From assembly GCA_964106645.2 (NCBI GenBank), contig OZ067043.1: a stretch of DNA of 64,000 bases; one strand, 5' to 3'. This DNA is from Podarcis pityusensis. Its lineage: Eukaryota. This document shows, piece after piece, positions 40,649 through 52,460 of this stretch. Under the pieces are notes generated by a model. The model did no database searches. It saw only the letters and a program-made list of their open reading frames with translations, and was not told the origin of the DNA. The position numbers were made by a program, and so were the translations under genes. The first letter of the stretch is position 1, and each line of letters opens with the position of its first letter.

Positions 40649-43079
40649 CATGTGGTTAATGTTTAACAGTGACTCAAGCAGTTTCCATATCTTCACCTTC
40701 TAGCCTTTTGGAGTAAGCTTTCTGCTATCATGGAGGATGTAAGCTAGCAGTCCATCCAACCACAAGGGAGAAGGAAAGGCAGAATAAAAGGTGGGCATAG
40801 TTTCTACCCAAGGAAAGCATGCCCTGTCTGCAAGTAAAGGCTTCCTTAGCTAACAGGATTGAGGCCCAGAACTTGCCCCCAGCCATTCCTATCTGCTAAT
40901 TAAGGCACTGACTTCTGCCATATGGCTAGTCTATGTTTTCTGTGCACTTTTTGTTTCTCCAATGCCCTTGGGGAATAAGGACTTTAAATTACACCCTGGG
41001 CTTGCCCTCCTTTTCATTGGACATTGTTTTCTCTTAGCCTGAGCTGAGTAAGCATTGGCAAACAAGCAATCAGCCGTTCTGCTGTTTGTGTTACCCTCAG
41101 AGAGGTTAAAGCAATTTCCTTCTTGACTTAGGGAGGTTCATTACAACATTGTATGAGGACCCCTGCAGTGATGGGATAACTGCTGTATAATTATGTAACT
41201 ACCGTAAAAGCTTTGCTGAGATTAGAATATATTGTTTGAACTGATTTAGTGCACCGGCTATGTTGCTTTCAGCACCACAAAAGGTTGTCCTATTGTTCTC
41301 TGATATTAGGCGAAAGCTTGCAAGCTTGTCAATTTACTGCCAATGAAATAACTCAGAAGCTGTAACAGGAAAGTGTTCCTTAAAATACACTCCAAGGAGG
41401 AATGCAACAGCCAGAGAGAAAACCAGATGAAATGCTGGGCCACTAAATGAGATAATACTGTTTAAAAGAAGCAAAAGGCCAAGTGGAGGCCACGGGGTGA
41501 AGGACTGCAATTTAGAGGAAATGCACAGTAAAAATATACAGAAATCCAGAGAGGCTAAAGAACTATGAAAAACAATATCTAAATGCACCTGGAGTTAATA
41601 AGGAGCTTTTTTTTGCAACAAGAGAAGGAGGCTTGTTTTCTCCGGATGTCATTGTCGACTAACTCCTTGGCTGCTTTCCCTCAAGCTGGTAGGTGGAAAG
41701 GCATAGCACAGCCTCCCCAAAGACCCACTGCTGCCAGTGAGAACTCCCCCTCTCCACACCAAGGCTCACAGCAGTATAGGGAGAGAGCTGAGGAAAGGGT
41801 TTAACCTCACCTCCACTTGTGGTGTGGCCCCAGCAAAATGACTAAATTTAAAAATCAACCTGGCAGGCTTTCCAATGGCGCACTTGACATCCTGTCTAGT
41901 TGACCGTAAGCTTTTGGTCCTGCTACAAGTGGACACCCCAGGCTATCTGCTGCCATTGTCTTGGCCACACTCACTGCTGATGTGCAGTCCCACCTCCCAG
42001 GAATGGCCAAGAGGCAGGGTAGCCCTCAAGCCCATCCTCATACGGGCTGCTGCCTATTACTCCTCATCCTGTCAGGAACATTTGCAGAATTCTGCCTCAT
42101 TGTAGAGTGTGGGAATAGATCTGCTCCCCAGGGGAGCTGCAATTCAGGGCACCAGGTTGGCAAAGGCTAGGATAGATGGCCTTTGGTGTCTTCCAAGCCC
42201 TGTATTTCTTTCTGTGTGAGGGGCACCTGCCCACAAACCCTCCACAGTGGTTTGATTTTAAATACAGCATGCTCTGCTTCCTTGCTGTCGCCCATTCAAG
42301 CCAATCTTCTGGAAGGAAATGAAAAGGGCCTAAGGCTGTACTCATTAGTGGGGCTAGACCACCTCGGCTGCCCCCTGGCACTAATTATACCACTGTGTAC
42401 TAGGAGATGCTGCAGCTCAGCCGTACCCATCAGAGATGCGGAGGGTGAGAAGCACCGAAACAGTCCAGCTCTCTCTTCTCCTGCTCATTACAGTAACACT
42501 GGCATGACAGCCAAGCGGAGAGGGGGTGGAGACAGCACAGCGCTCAACTGGGTCTCCAGGGCACCTGGCTAATCCATGGCATCTAGTTCTGTCTTTAGTA
42601 ATAGGCAGCAGCCCATAAATGCCAGCTCTCCAATTAGTCCTGGCCCCTGGCCCCATCACTAAGGAGGATCTCCTTCAAACCAGTACGGGACAAACAAACA
42701 AAATCATTTGGCTCAGAGGGAGAAAATCTCATGGAGCAGATGAGAGAGAACCCAGGGCTGCTTTGTTGGGGATGATAAAACGGGATGGGAATCCCCCTTC
42801 ATATGTTCCTGAGCTCTGCAGAGCTTGAGAGCAAAGCCCCAAGTTCCTGTAGGCCCAGCCCCTAAGGGTTGGTTTTCATATTACTTCTGAAGATGCAGCT
42901 GTGCTTCCCTGAGCAAATTTCTGCAGATGGGTGCAAATGCTATGCAGTACAGTATCTGAATCTGAGTTAAGACCTGTGAAGGGCAAGGCTCTGCTAGTTG
43001 TCCTGCATTTTGCAGATGTGGCTTCTCAGGTAGCTGTGGGCATGTCTTGGGTTTCTCAGTCGAGTGAAGCAGCACTACT

Positions 43080-43080
<1 letters not shown>

Positions 43081-43110
<30 letters not shown>
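43081..43110. repeat. (CAG)10 microsatellite, non-coding
   Basis: Seen directly in sequence. Confidence 0.95.
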
Positions 43111-43115
<5 letters not shown>

Positions 43116-44930
43116 CAGTAAGACCACCACTAGCAACTGGGAACACCTGGAAGTCTTGGGAAAATGTCTCACTGGGTAAAGGGACCCCACCCTCTTTGAA
43201 CTGCACTTAAGCCAGGCTGGCGTAGCCCCCTTGGAGGACACTAGCAGCTGGGAAGGTGAGGTAAGATTGCAAGATTAAGCAAACCATCTAAGAACGTCTA
43301 AGAAATTGACTTTTTGTGTTTAGAAAAGTGATGGGAAATACATGAACGAACAAGTAACGGGAAAAGCATATGAATGATCTGCATGTAAATCAGGATGAAT
43401 GCTTATTGCCATGAAACTGCTCCACAAACAAATCAGAAGAAACATTCAATAACGACCAGATAGAATCTAACCTCCGCATAACCTTTTGCACAAGCAAATC
43501 AGGATGGATGTTCAGTAAACAGGTTGTCAGAAGGAGACTTTAGAGGGTGGAGCTAAGAAGAAAGGTATTGAAACAGGAAGAAGCAAGAAGGCAAGAGTTA
43601 GACTTGGGAGGCATTGGATTTAGAAACAAGGCGAAAATGAAGAAAAACAGGGTAACAAACCTAGTGGTTTGGTGGGAAAGTTGGGTAAAGAAGGGAGTGA
43701 GTCAGCCAAGGGCCAGGAAGGTCAAAAACATGGAGGAAGGAGCTGGATATTGTTTTTGTGGAGATGTTAAGGAAGGCAGGAGAGGATATATGCATTGGGA
43801 GGACATTCTCTCCTCCCATTCATCTCATCCTACCAGGTGCTTAGGAAGGTTGAGGATTGTGTGCAGCCTTGGACTTGCCTGAAGAATGTATGCTGTGTTG
43901 AGCATTGGTGGACCCACTGACTGACCTCTGAGCTTCAGTGAGTGCCCCTTTGGCAACTGCTAGAAATAGCCAAACTTCAGGCTACATGAACTACGTAGGA
44001 CAAGTGGGCAGACCCAAGTTTTCAGTGCAGTCTATATTTTATTATAAGCAAAGGAGTTTGTCCCATGTGGGGTATTGGAGGAGTGAATCACATTGCAAGG
44101 AACTGCATTTCCACAAAAAGTGGCCAGGTGTTAGCCAGATGTATCCAAAGAGGTATATTAATTAGTTTCCTGGGGAGCTAGTCCATAACAGCTCATTAAC
44201 GGAGAAAGTGTTTGCTCTTTTCAGTTAGACACAGCATATTTTATCATAAATGAAGTGTCTCAGATGACACAGAAGTAAAATAACTAAATTTGCACAGATG
44301 CACAAACACACACAAACTAATGTCTGTTGATATGTAACTATGCAAGTTTTGGGGCTGCATAGATAGCTGTAGATCATCTTTCATCAAACATTTTCCTATA
44401 CTGATATTAACCCCGGTGGCTGGGGTGGGGTGAGGTGAGGCGAGGATTGTAATTTTAAAATGTTCCTGTTCCTTTGAAATGGCACATTTAAAAAGTCAAA
44501 CACTAGAAGTGAAACACTCCCCCTCCTTCACATAAATGTCAATGCTCGCATTGGAAAATATAGCATTAGATTTAGCCCTAATGCCATTTGTGTTGAACAA
44601 GGTTATGTACTGATGCAAATATGCTTTGTCACTTCAGATAAATGGTAGCCTAATCAGAAATAATGTGAAATATGTGACACAATGCATTGAAGAGTAGGCC
44701 TGCAAATTGCAGTGATGACCTAAGAAAAGGAGGATCTTGTGTCAAACAGTGTTAAGCCCTAGATCCCTTCATGCTCAGAAATTAGGACTTCCCATTCAGA
44801 GCTCCTGTTCCGCAAAGGCAGAGCAACAGAAGCAAGTGGCTGTGCCCTGAACTCCAAAAGGAAAAGAAAGATGCATGGCTTGAAGATCTTGCAGATGTGA
44901 TTCTAGGGAAAGGCTCTGTTGTATGGTCAC

Positions 44931-44932
<2 letters not shown>

Positions 44933-44966
<34 letters not shown>
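44933..44966. repeat. (GA)n microsatellite
   Basis: Seen directly in sequence. Confidence 0.95.
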
Positions 44967-44969
<3 letters not shown>

Positions 44970-45999
44970 TCTAAGAGATAGCATGGCTGGCTACCTCTGA
45001 TGTCATGTTGCCTTAATCAACCTCAAGGTAAGCAGTGCTGGGTTGGAAATCACAATCATGCAGTCTGATGTCCTCCAATGTATCAGGATGTGAAACCATG
45101 TCTGGCTTTGATGGTACAAGGAGCATCTCATTAAAATTGTGAGACCTTTTCTCTAACCCTCACCAAATTTCTCTGGCTAATAAATGGACCCTAAAAAGCA
45201 ATATTGTCAGCAGTAGAAGCTAATGTTCAGAATGAGAATCTTTCAGGACCAAGCCAAAGAATCACCTCCCTCCATTTTTCACTAAAGGATCTTCACTGGA
45301 TGAAGAGAACTCTATCACTATAAAATAATTGGGGGGGGGGGTTCAGTGGGGATTTAAAAGAGCTTGGATAGACTGTCCAGCCACACTATCCTCCCTCCTT
45401 TTAAACCAAAATGACTTTATTCCTCCTCTCAGAAAAAGAAAATCTGCTCAAGCCTTGCTTTCTGCTTATGAACTTGGACTGAAGCCCATGACCGACCTTC
45501 ATGATCCCAATGGCCTCTTCTGCTGCATAAGCAGTTTTCTACAGGTGAGTGACTTGGGTCAATGTGTGCAAGGGGATTAAAAAACAAGAGCCAGTGGGCT
45601 ATCCATTAAAGAGCTGCAACTCAATTAAGGCTATTGATTAATCAATGAGCGCAAGCATGACTCCACTCTTCAGCAATAACAAAAATCTTGGCTAGTGATG
45701 GACAGCTGCAAATTATAGAAAGAGGAGCTGGTTTTCAGGGCAGACCATGAATGGTGGTAAAGGGGGTCTGCTGAAGATCACCAAGGGTCTAGTTAGCCAG
45801 ACATGAGCTTGTCAGGCTTACTACTACTGACGCCAATGATTCTCACTTCCCTTTTATTCCAAAACAATTACAACTTTTCAGATTGTTGCCTGGGATGAAG
45901 AGCTAGAAATTAAACCTTTTCCTCAACTCTGTGAAGAGTAAAGTTGCCAGATGCAGAATCTGAACTGGTTCAGGTATCTGCATAGGCAAAGCGTACATT

Positions 46000-46000
<1 letters not shown>

Positions 46001-46037
<37 letters not shown>
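46001..46037. repeat. (AAT)n microsatellite
   Basis: Seen directly in sequence. Confidence 0.95.
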
Positions 46038-46038
<1 letters not shown>

Positions 46039-49000
46039 TGGTTTTTAAGAATTACTCAGGTCCAGTCTTTTGCATTATAGCCTTGTAGTAACAAGGGAAG
46101 CCAGAGCTATTGGAAATTCCCATTTACTGCTTTAAAATAATGGAACCCTCCAGCAAGCTTGGTCGCTAAGGAGATCTACAGGTTTCAGGCTGCAGGTTCA
46201 TTGATATATGGTCATCCATGCAAATCCACACCTTCAATGGCATATTTATTCTATGGTGATGGGTTTTCCTCAGGCTCTGGATTGTGTTGAGTTTTGGCAG
46301 GATGATGATACACATCAGGCAGAACAGAATCCATTGCAATCCCCCCCCCCTCCCGTATTCAATGTTGGGCTGTACTTTTCCTTCCATAGTTTGATAGGAG
46401 AAAACAAGCAAATTTACAAGCAGAGCTTGTTGTCATCAGGTCAATGAGCAATCTGGTGCAATGTTTTGCCAAAAGTATTTTTTAGAATTTGTGCTTAGAA
46501 ATCCTCACCTGCTTACAACTCAGTAAGCACATTCTCACATTTGGATGTTTTATATTGTCACCATTTTACTGTCATGCAACAGCTCATTCCCAAACCATTA
46601 AAGTATTCAGAAATGCAAAATTCAGTACTCCAGGACAAAATTGTCATTAGGTCCTGTTCCTGAATATAATGGCCTTTAACTTGCCAACTGGACCAGTGCA
46701 GTAGCCCGCAGGTTCTCTCAGTGTTATTTATATTAGGTTTGTTTATATTTATAGGCCACTTTTCTATGCAAAGGACCTTGAAGCAGCTTACAACAGCCAA
46801 GTAGCTCACAATAAGCACATCACAAAACACTGATTACAATATGATGCAACCAATCATGAAACAAGACTGAAAAGAGAAATCACTAGGTAAATTCAGCAGA
46901 CCTCAGAAGATCAGAAGGCATGATGGAACGGAGTTTTACTGATTATCTAAAAATGTCAGCCAGCAAAACAGTAAACCAAACCCATAATGAGAGAACAGAT
47001 ACTGTGCTTATTGAATAGGTACAATGTTCAATACATAGAGCTGGAGGATGTTTTGCTATTCCAGTGCACAACATGGAACTCTGTGTTCTACAAACTCTAG
47101 CCACTTCAAAGCAAACACTGAGTGCAGTGGTAGAACGACATTTTGCTTTGCATATTGTAGGTCCCAGGTTCAATCCCTGATATCTCCAGGTAGTGCTGGA
47201 AAAGACTCCTACCTGCAGCCCTGAGGAGCTGCTGAACTGGGTGGCCCAATATTATGGCTCAGGACAAAGCAGCTTCCTCTGTTCCAAGGGATCTCCTAAG
47301 CATTTACCATCTCAGCCCAGTATGCATCTGCCCAAACAGTGCCCTAAACTTTGTTCTTGTGCTGGTGGTGCGAACTAGATGTGTGTGAATAAGCTGTAAA
47401 TGCAATTGAATGAACCTTTGAAATCTCTTAATTGGAGATTCCAGGATCTCCCTTATCCTGTTCCTTCAGTGAGGGGCTGGTTTCTGCCAATCCTCATCCC
47501 TCCATCCCTTCCCTGAAGATCCAGATCTGCTGCATGAGTTCTTATCCCCAGCACCGGATTATATGGTTAAATCAGCTGCAAAAAAAAAAAAATGCAAGAC
47601 TTTGTGCTAGCAAATGTCGGGCAGAAATATTAAAGGAAGATGTCAATTTAGCCCATTAGTGTTCCAAGCCATGGACACTGTCCCTGATCTTTAGAGCTTA
47701 TACCTCAATCCTTGGCAGGCAGCGATGATGAGTCCTGGGCCTGGAGAGTACGTGTACAGAATTATCCTAACCAGGTTTATTTGGAAGCAAGTCTCATTAA
47801 TTTCAATTTGCATCCAGTTTCAAGTAATTATGTTTAGGATTGCAGCCCAAGTCTGACTGGTGATTTAGAAATGAAGCCTCTCCAGAGCTGCAAGAGCGTG
47901 ACTGTCAATTGCATGCAAACCTCTGACCAAGAAGTCAAGGGAGCAAGGGATTGCCAAAGGCAATGTCCACTTGCACCCTTAAATACCAGAGATAGGTTGA
48001 AGCCACTCTGCTTCCTATCCTGTTCCTCCACTGTTTCTCCTGCTGACCATCCTCTTCCTCCCGATCACAAGTTCAGATTGTGTGTGAAATGCGAACATTG
48101 CGTGAGATTGGCTTAAGTAGCAAATTTGGGGCTTTGTTTCTTTACCATCTGGTACCTGGGCCTGACAGTTCATCTGCCACAGTTCCCCTGCTACCACTGT
48201 GGGCACCTGTTACTGTAAATCATTCCTGGACCTCATAAATGCTGAGATTCTCACCCTTCCAGAGGGAGTCTAGAGGCTGGATGGTTTTAATAGGACTCAG
48301 AAATAACCATGTCATTGAGCCCAAGCAGATGCCCAGCAGTAGACTCCGGCCAACCAATAGCCTGATGTAGTTAGGCACCCTTAAGTCAATTTGAATCAAT
48401 GGACTTTGTCACATTTGCACAGGACAAGGCAGCAAAAGCTGGAGGTGAGAACAGGAAATCCATGATCTTTAGCTGAAGGAGAAAAGTCCATCAGCCCAAG
48501 TGTGGCTGTGAGCCAGGAAGGCATCTGGAATTCTTCCTGGAGAGAATGGCTAGACTCCCTTGCTGTAGCCTTTGCTTTTGCCTATCTAGCCATTTAATTT
48601 TTTAGTCCAAAGGCTCCCTGGCCTAAGGAATGCTGTGAAGCAGGGAAAGTGCTACGGACAGATCAAAAGGCCACTTTAGTATCACTACTTTTTATTACCT
48701 CAGCGGCTCCTTCTTATTCCGGCCTGGCTCTGCTCTCCTTAATAGGAGTAATAAAAAGATGCCATGCACTCGCAAGGTGCCCAGGGCTTGTAGTCGGTCC
48801 TTGGGATTGCAAACCTCGGCTTGGGAGAGGACAGAGGAGATAACTGAATGCCCAGCCTAGCCCCTGCGGCAAAGGCAAAGCCATCGTCTGCTTTGCTTTT
48901 GCGTCTAATATCCTGGCAAAAGGGATGAAGGACTCTGCAGGGAGATCAATCTTGTGGCCCTCAGTTTATTAGCTCGCTCTTATCTCTGGCTATATTTCAA

Positions 49001-51039
49001 AACACAGCTTTGATCATTTTCGTCTTTCTTTTTCTCTCTTTCATGCAACGTGATTTAATTTAAATAGACTTTTCTGTGGGCATGAGCTGCACATTCAGTG
49101 AAGAGTTGATTCCAGCACAGCAGTAAAAGAGGCCAGTGGAGAGTATTTGTAACTGGGTGCACAGCCCTGCAAGGTTAAGAAAGAAAGAGGGTAGAACAAA
49201 GTGGCAGGCCGTCACTGGCTTAACCCACAGCTGGGCATCGGCAGGACGGCTGCTCATTATCCAGCAGTGCTCAAAAAACTTGTAAGAAGCCTGGACAGTC
49301 TGCTTCTCTGCTGGATGATTTCTAGCAGAGAAACAGCAAGGGAGAGGGGGTATTAACCCTTTGCTTGACCTGCCACTTTTCTGCTGCAGCAGCTCCACCA
49401 CCCCAAACAGCAGGGATCAAGTGTTTAGGGTGTGCTTAGGCATTCTCAACAAGACCAGGTGTGAGCTTTCTGTCTGAAAATTATCAGACGTCCAGAGTTT
49501 GATACTGGAAGGAAGGGGACCTGGCAAAGCAGACAGAGAATGCTTTGTGTACTGGATGGTGCTGTGTTCTTCAGAAACAGAGAAAGTATTTCTGTCCAGG
49601 TGAGATCCCTCACCTTACCGCCTATCTCCCAATGAGGGTGGCCAAGAGCTGTAGCTGATGGAAACAAGTCAGATGGACTGATAGCAGAGACCAAAGGCAA
49701 AGCACAAACCACCTCAATCCAGTTGTTTGTGGTGGTGATCAAAGCAGACTTGACAGATACCTGAACCCGTCCATCTCTGGAAACTGTAAGGCAGCAACAG
49801 GTCTCCTTACTGTGGGCAACAGGGGGAAATTTGCTTGGGGCAGTCTGTCCAGCTCTCCAGCCTACTCAAAGTGGTGGTGGTGAATCGCCAGTCTGTGGGC
49901 CTGATCCTGCTCATCAAGCCTTTCCCATCACCCCTGGCCTGTAACCAGTGGCCACTGGAAAAACAAAAACTAAGTGTTACTAGGAACTCTCTCTCATCAC
50001 AGTAGATAGGAACACCCAGGAAACAAAGGAACATTCAGTGAAGGGGGAAAAGGTGCTAACATTCCAGTGACTTATTTAACTACTACAAGTAGCAGGTGCT
50101 TGTGATGTCAGCACTATGCTCCCACACATACTAAAAAAGTGGCTCTTTCTTCAGTTTCACCTAGATAAAGCAGCAAATGTGCTATGCTCTGAACTTCAGG
50201 GATGTAGCTCAGAAGGTCGCAGCTTCAGTCTCCAGCATCTCCAACTAGAGTTGGGGGAAATTCATCTCTGAAACACTGGGGGACTGCATCTAGTTAGTGT
50301 GAACTGTGATAGCCAACATGGTGCCCTCCAAATGTTGTGGACTACAACACCCATCATCCATGGCAATTGTCCATGCTGGATGGGGTGATGTGAGCTGTAG
50401 TCCATAGCATGTGGACTGTAGTCCATAGCATCAGGTTGTGATTGAGCTGTAGTCCATAGCATCAGGTTGGCTACTACTGGTGTACACAATATGGAGCTAG
50501 ATGGACAAATGGTTTGCCTTGGTATAAGGAAGCTTCCTAAGAATACCTTGGGACTTGTAATAAATATTTAGGACTTGTTGATTCAGTAATGTAAGGGCCC
50601 TGTTCAGCTAATGCACATTCAACAAGATCCCTTGAAATAATCACCAGAGAAGCTGACATGTGTTCCTTTAATAAGGAAGGCATGGTACAAATTGGGATAC
50701 ATTAAAAGAGAAGCAATATTTGTTCCAAATAAAATCAAAACGAAACGGAACTTGACAGTTTCTTAAAAACAGTGCACTGTAAGCAGAATCATTAACTAAG
50801 AATAATGTTTAGGATTCAGATTCCATCGGTATATCACCACCCCCATCCGATTCATTACAACTGTAGACACTATAGACAATCATTAACAAGAGTTCACCAC
50901 TTCATAAATCAGCTGTTTGAGCCCATGCAGACCAAACTTCTTTGGGGTGAACAAGGGGGGCTTTGGGTAGGTTGTCTGTGCCACCCTGCCGAGTAATAAG
51001 AAGGATTTTACCACACATCAGATAAAAACATATGGTTTT

Positions 51040-52460
51040 CCTCAGAGGCCTGCTGTTGAGCAATCCGGTGGAGGTATCTAGACTAGATTTGACCAAGCTG
51101 CTTGGAAAAGTTTGGCAGACTGCCTACCTCCTTGACCTTTGCTTCTTAGAGCTAGTCACAGGGGGTTGACTGGGTGGGTCCAGTGATTAGGACTTCCCTG
51201 GAGAAGGGGGAGATACCATCTGCCTTGAAGGAGGCAGTGGTGCACCCCCACCTTGGACCCAGAAGTGTTAAACAACTATCGCCCACTGGCAAACATCCCC
51301 TTTTGGGGCAAGGTGGTTATTTGGATGGCATGCTTGGAGGAAGCTAATTATTTGGATGCATTTCAGTCTGGCTTCAGGCCTGGTCATGGCACTGAAACTG
51401 CCTTGGTTGCCCTAGTTGACGCCATTTATTGGGAGAGAGATGACGAGGAGTGCTGCCCTGATCATCCTCCTGGATTTTTCCAGCAGCTTTTGATATTTCG
51501 AGTCTCCGCTCCTCCACATGCAGCTGCTGGGTGACCTTGGGTCAGTCACACTTCCTTGAAGTCTCTCAGCCCCACTCACCTCACAGAGTGTTTGTTGTGG
51601 GGGAGGAAGGGAAAGGAGAATGTTAGCCGCTTTGAGACTCCTTAAAGGGAGTGAAAGGCGGGATATCAAATCCAAACTCTTCTTCCAAAACTCTTCTATT
51701 GTTGACCATAGAATCCTTCTGGAGCATCTCAAGGAGGTGGGGGAAGTGTGCTCCAGTAGTTCCTCTCCTACTTCAAGGGCCATTTCAAGCAAGCAGTCAG
51801 AAAGTGGTGTCCCACAAGGTTCTATCTTGTCCCCCATGCTATTTAACATCTAGATGAAGCCTCTGGGAGCTGTCATAGGGAGATTTGGAATGAAGTGCCA
51901 TCAATAGGCAGATGACACTCAGCTCTGTTTCTCTATTCCGTCTGAATCAGGAGATGCAGTTGAGGTGTTAGAACCAGTGCTCGAGGGCTGTGATGCATTG
52001 GATGTGGCCCAATAAACTGAATCTGAATCCTGAAATGAATGTCTTATGTGACCAAGAGGTGAGGAAATGGCCTGCCCTGGACAAGATTGCATTGCCCTGG
52101 AAGGAGCAAGTCTGCAGCTTGTGGATGCTCCTGGAAACAACACTGTCACTGGTGACTCAAGTGATCTCAGTGGTTAGGAGTGCCTTTTTCTAGTTACGGT
52201 TGCTTCATCACCTGCGGCCCCTGTTGGACAGAGATGACTTAGCCGCTGTGCTCCATGCTCTAGTAACTTCCAGATTGAATTATTGTAATGCACTCTACAC
52301 AGGGCCGCCCCTGAAGATGACTTGGAACATTGGTTGGTCCAAATACAGCTGCCAGATTATTGGCTGGGGTTTCCTTCTGAGCCCATATAACCCCCTGGTT
52401 TTAAAACAGCATCACTGGCTGCCCGTTCCTTTCCAGGCCCAACCCAAGGTGCTGTATGCG
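51040..52460 (+). mobile_element. Degenerate L2 LINE ORF2 (RT region), interrupted by a SINE
   Basis: Fragments NYRPLANIPF, QSGFRPGHGTETALV, GVPQGSILSPMLFNI, ADDTQL, ALVTSRLNYCNALY, HWLPV, with many stops and frameshifts. Confidence 0.88.
51497..51697 (+). mobile_element. Squam3-like SINE, 5'-truncated, inserted in L2
   Basis: Near-identical to the body of the SINE at 4008-4251; splits the L2 SAAFD|TVDH motif. Confidence 0.88.

Noticed and set aside
42931-43241. PolyQ or polyC ORFs
   Set aside because: Translations of a non-coding (CAG)n microsatellite, with no exon context.
43547-43882. 111-aa Lys/Glu-rich ORF
   Set aside because: Purine-rich strand bias resembling the antisense of a decayed L2 3' region; no homology recognised.
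50339-50465. Three TGTAGTCCATAGCAT repeats resembling a CRISPR-like array
   Set aside because: Eukaryotic context, irregular spacing; a local duplication inside a short hAT MITE.
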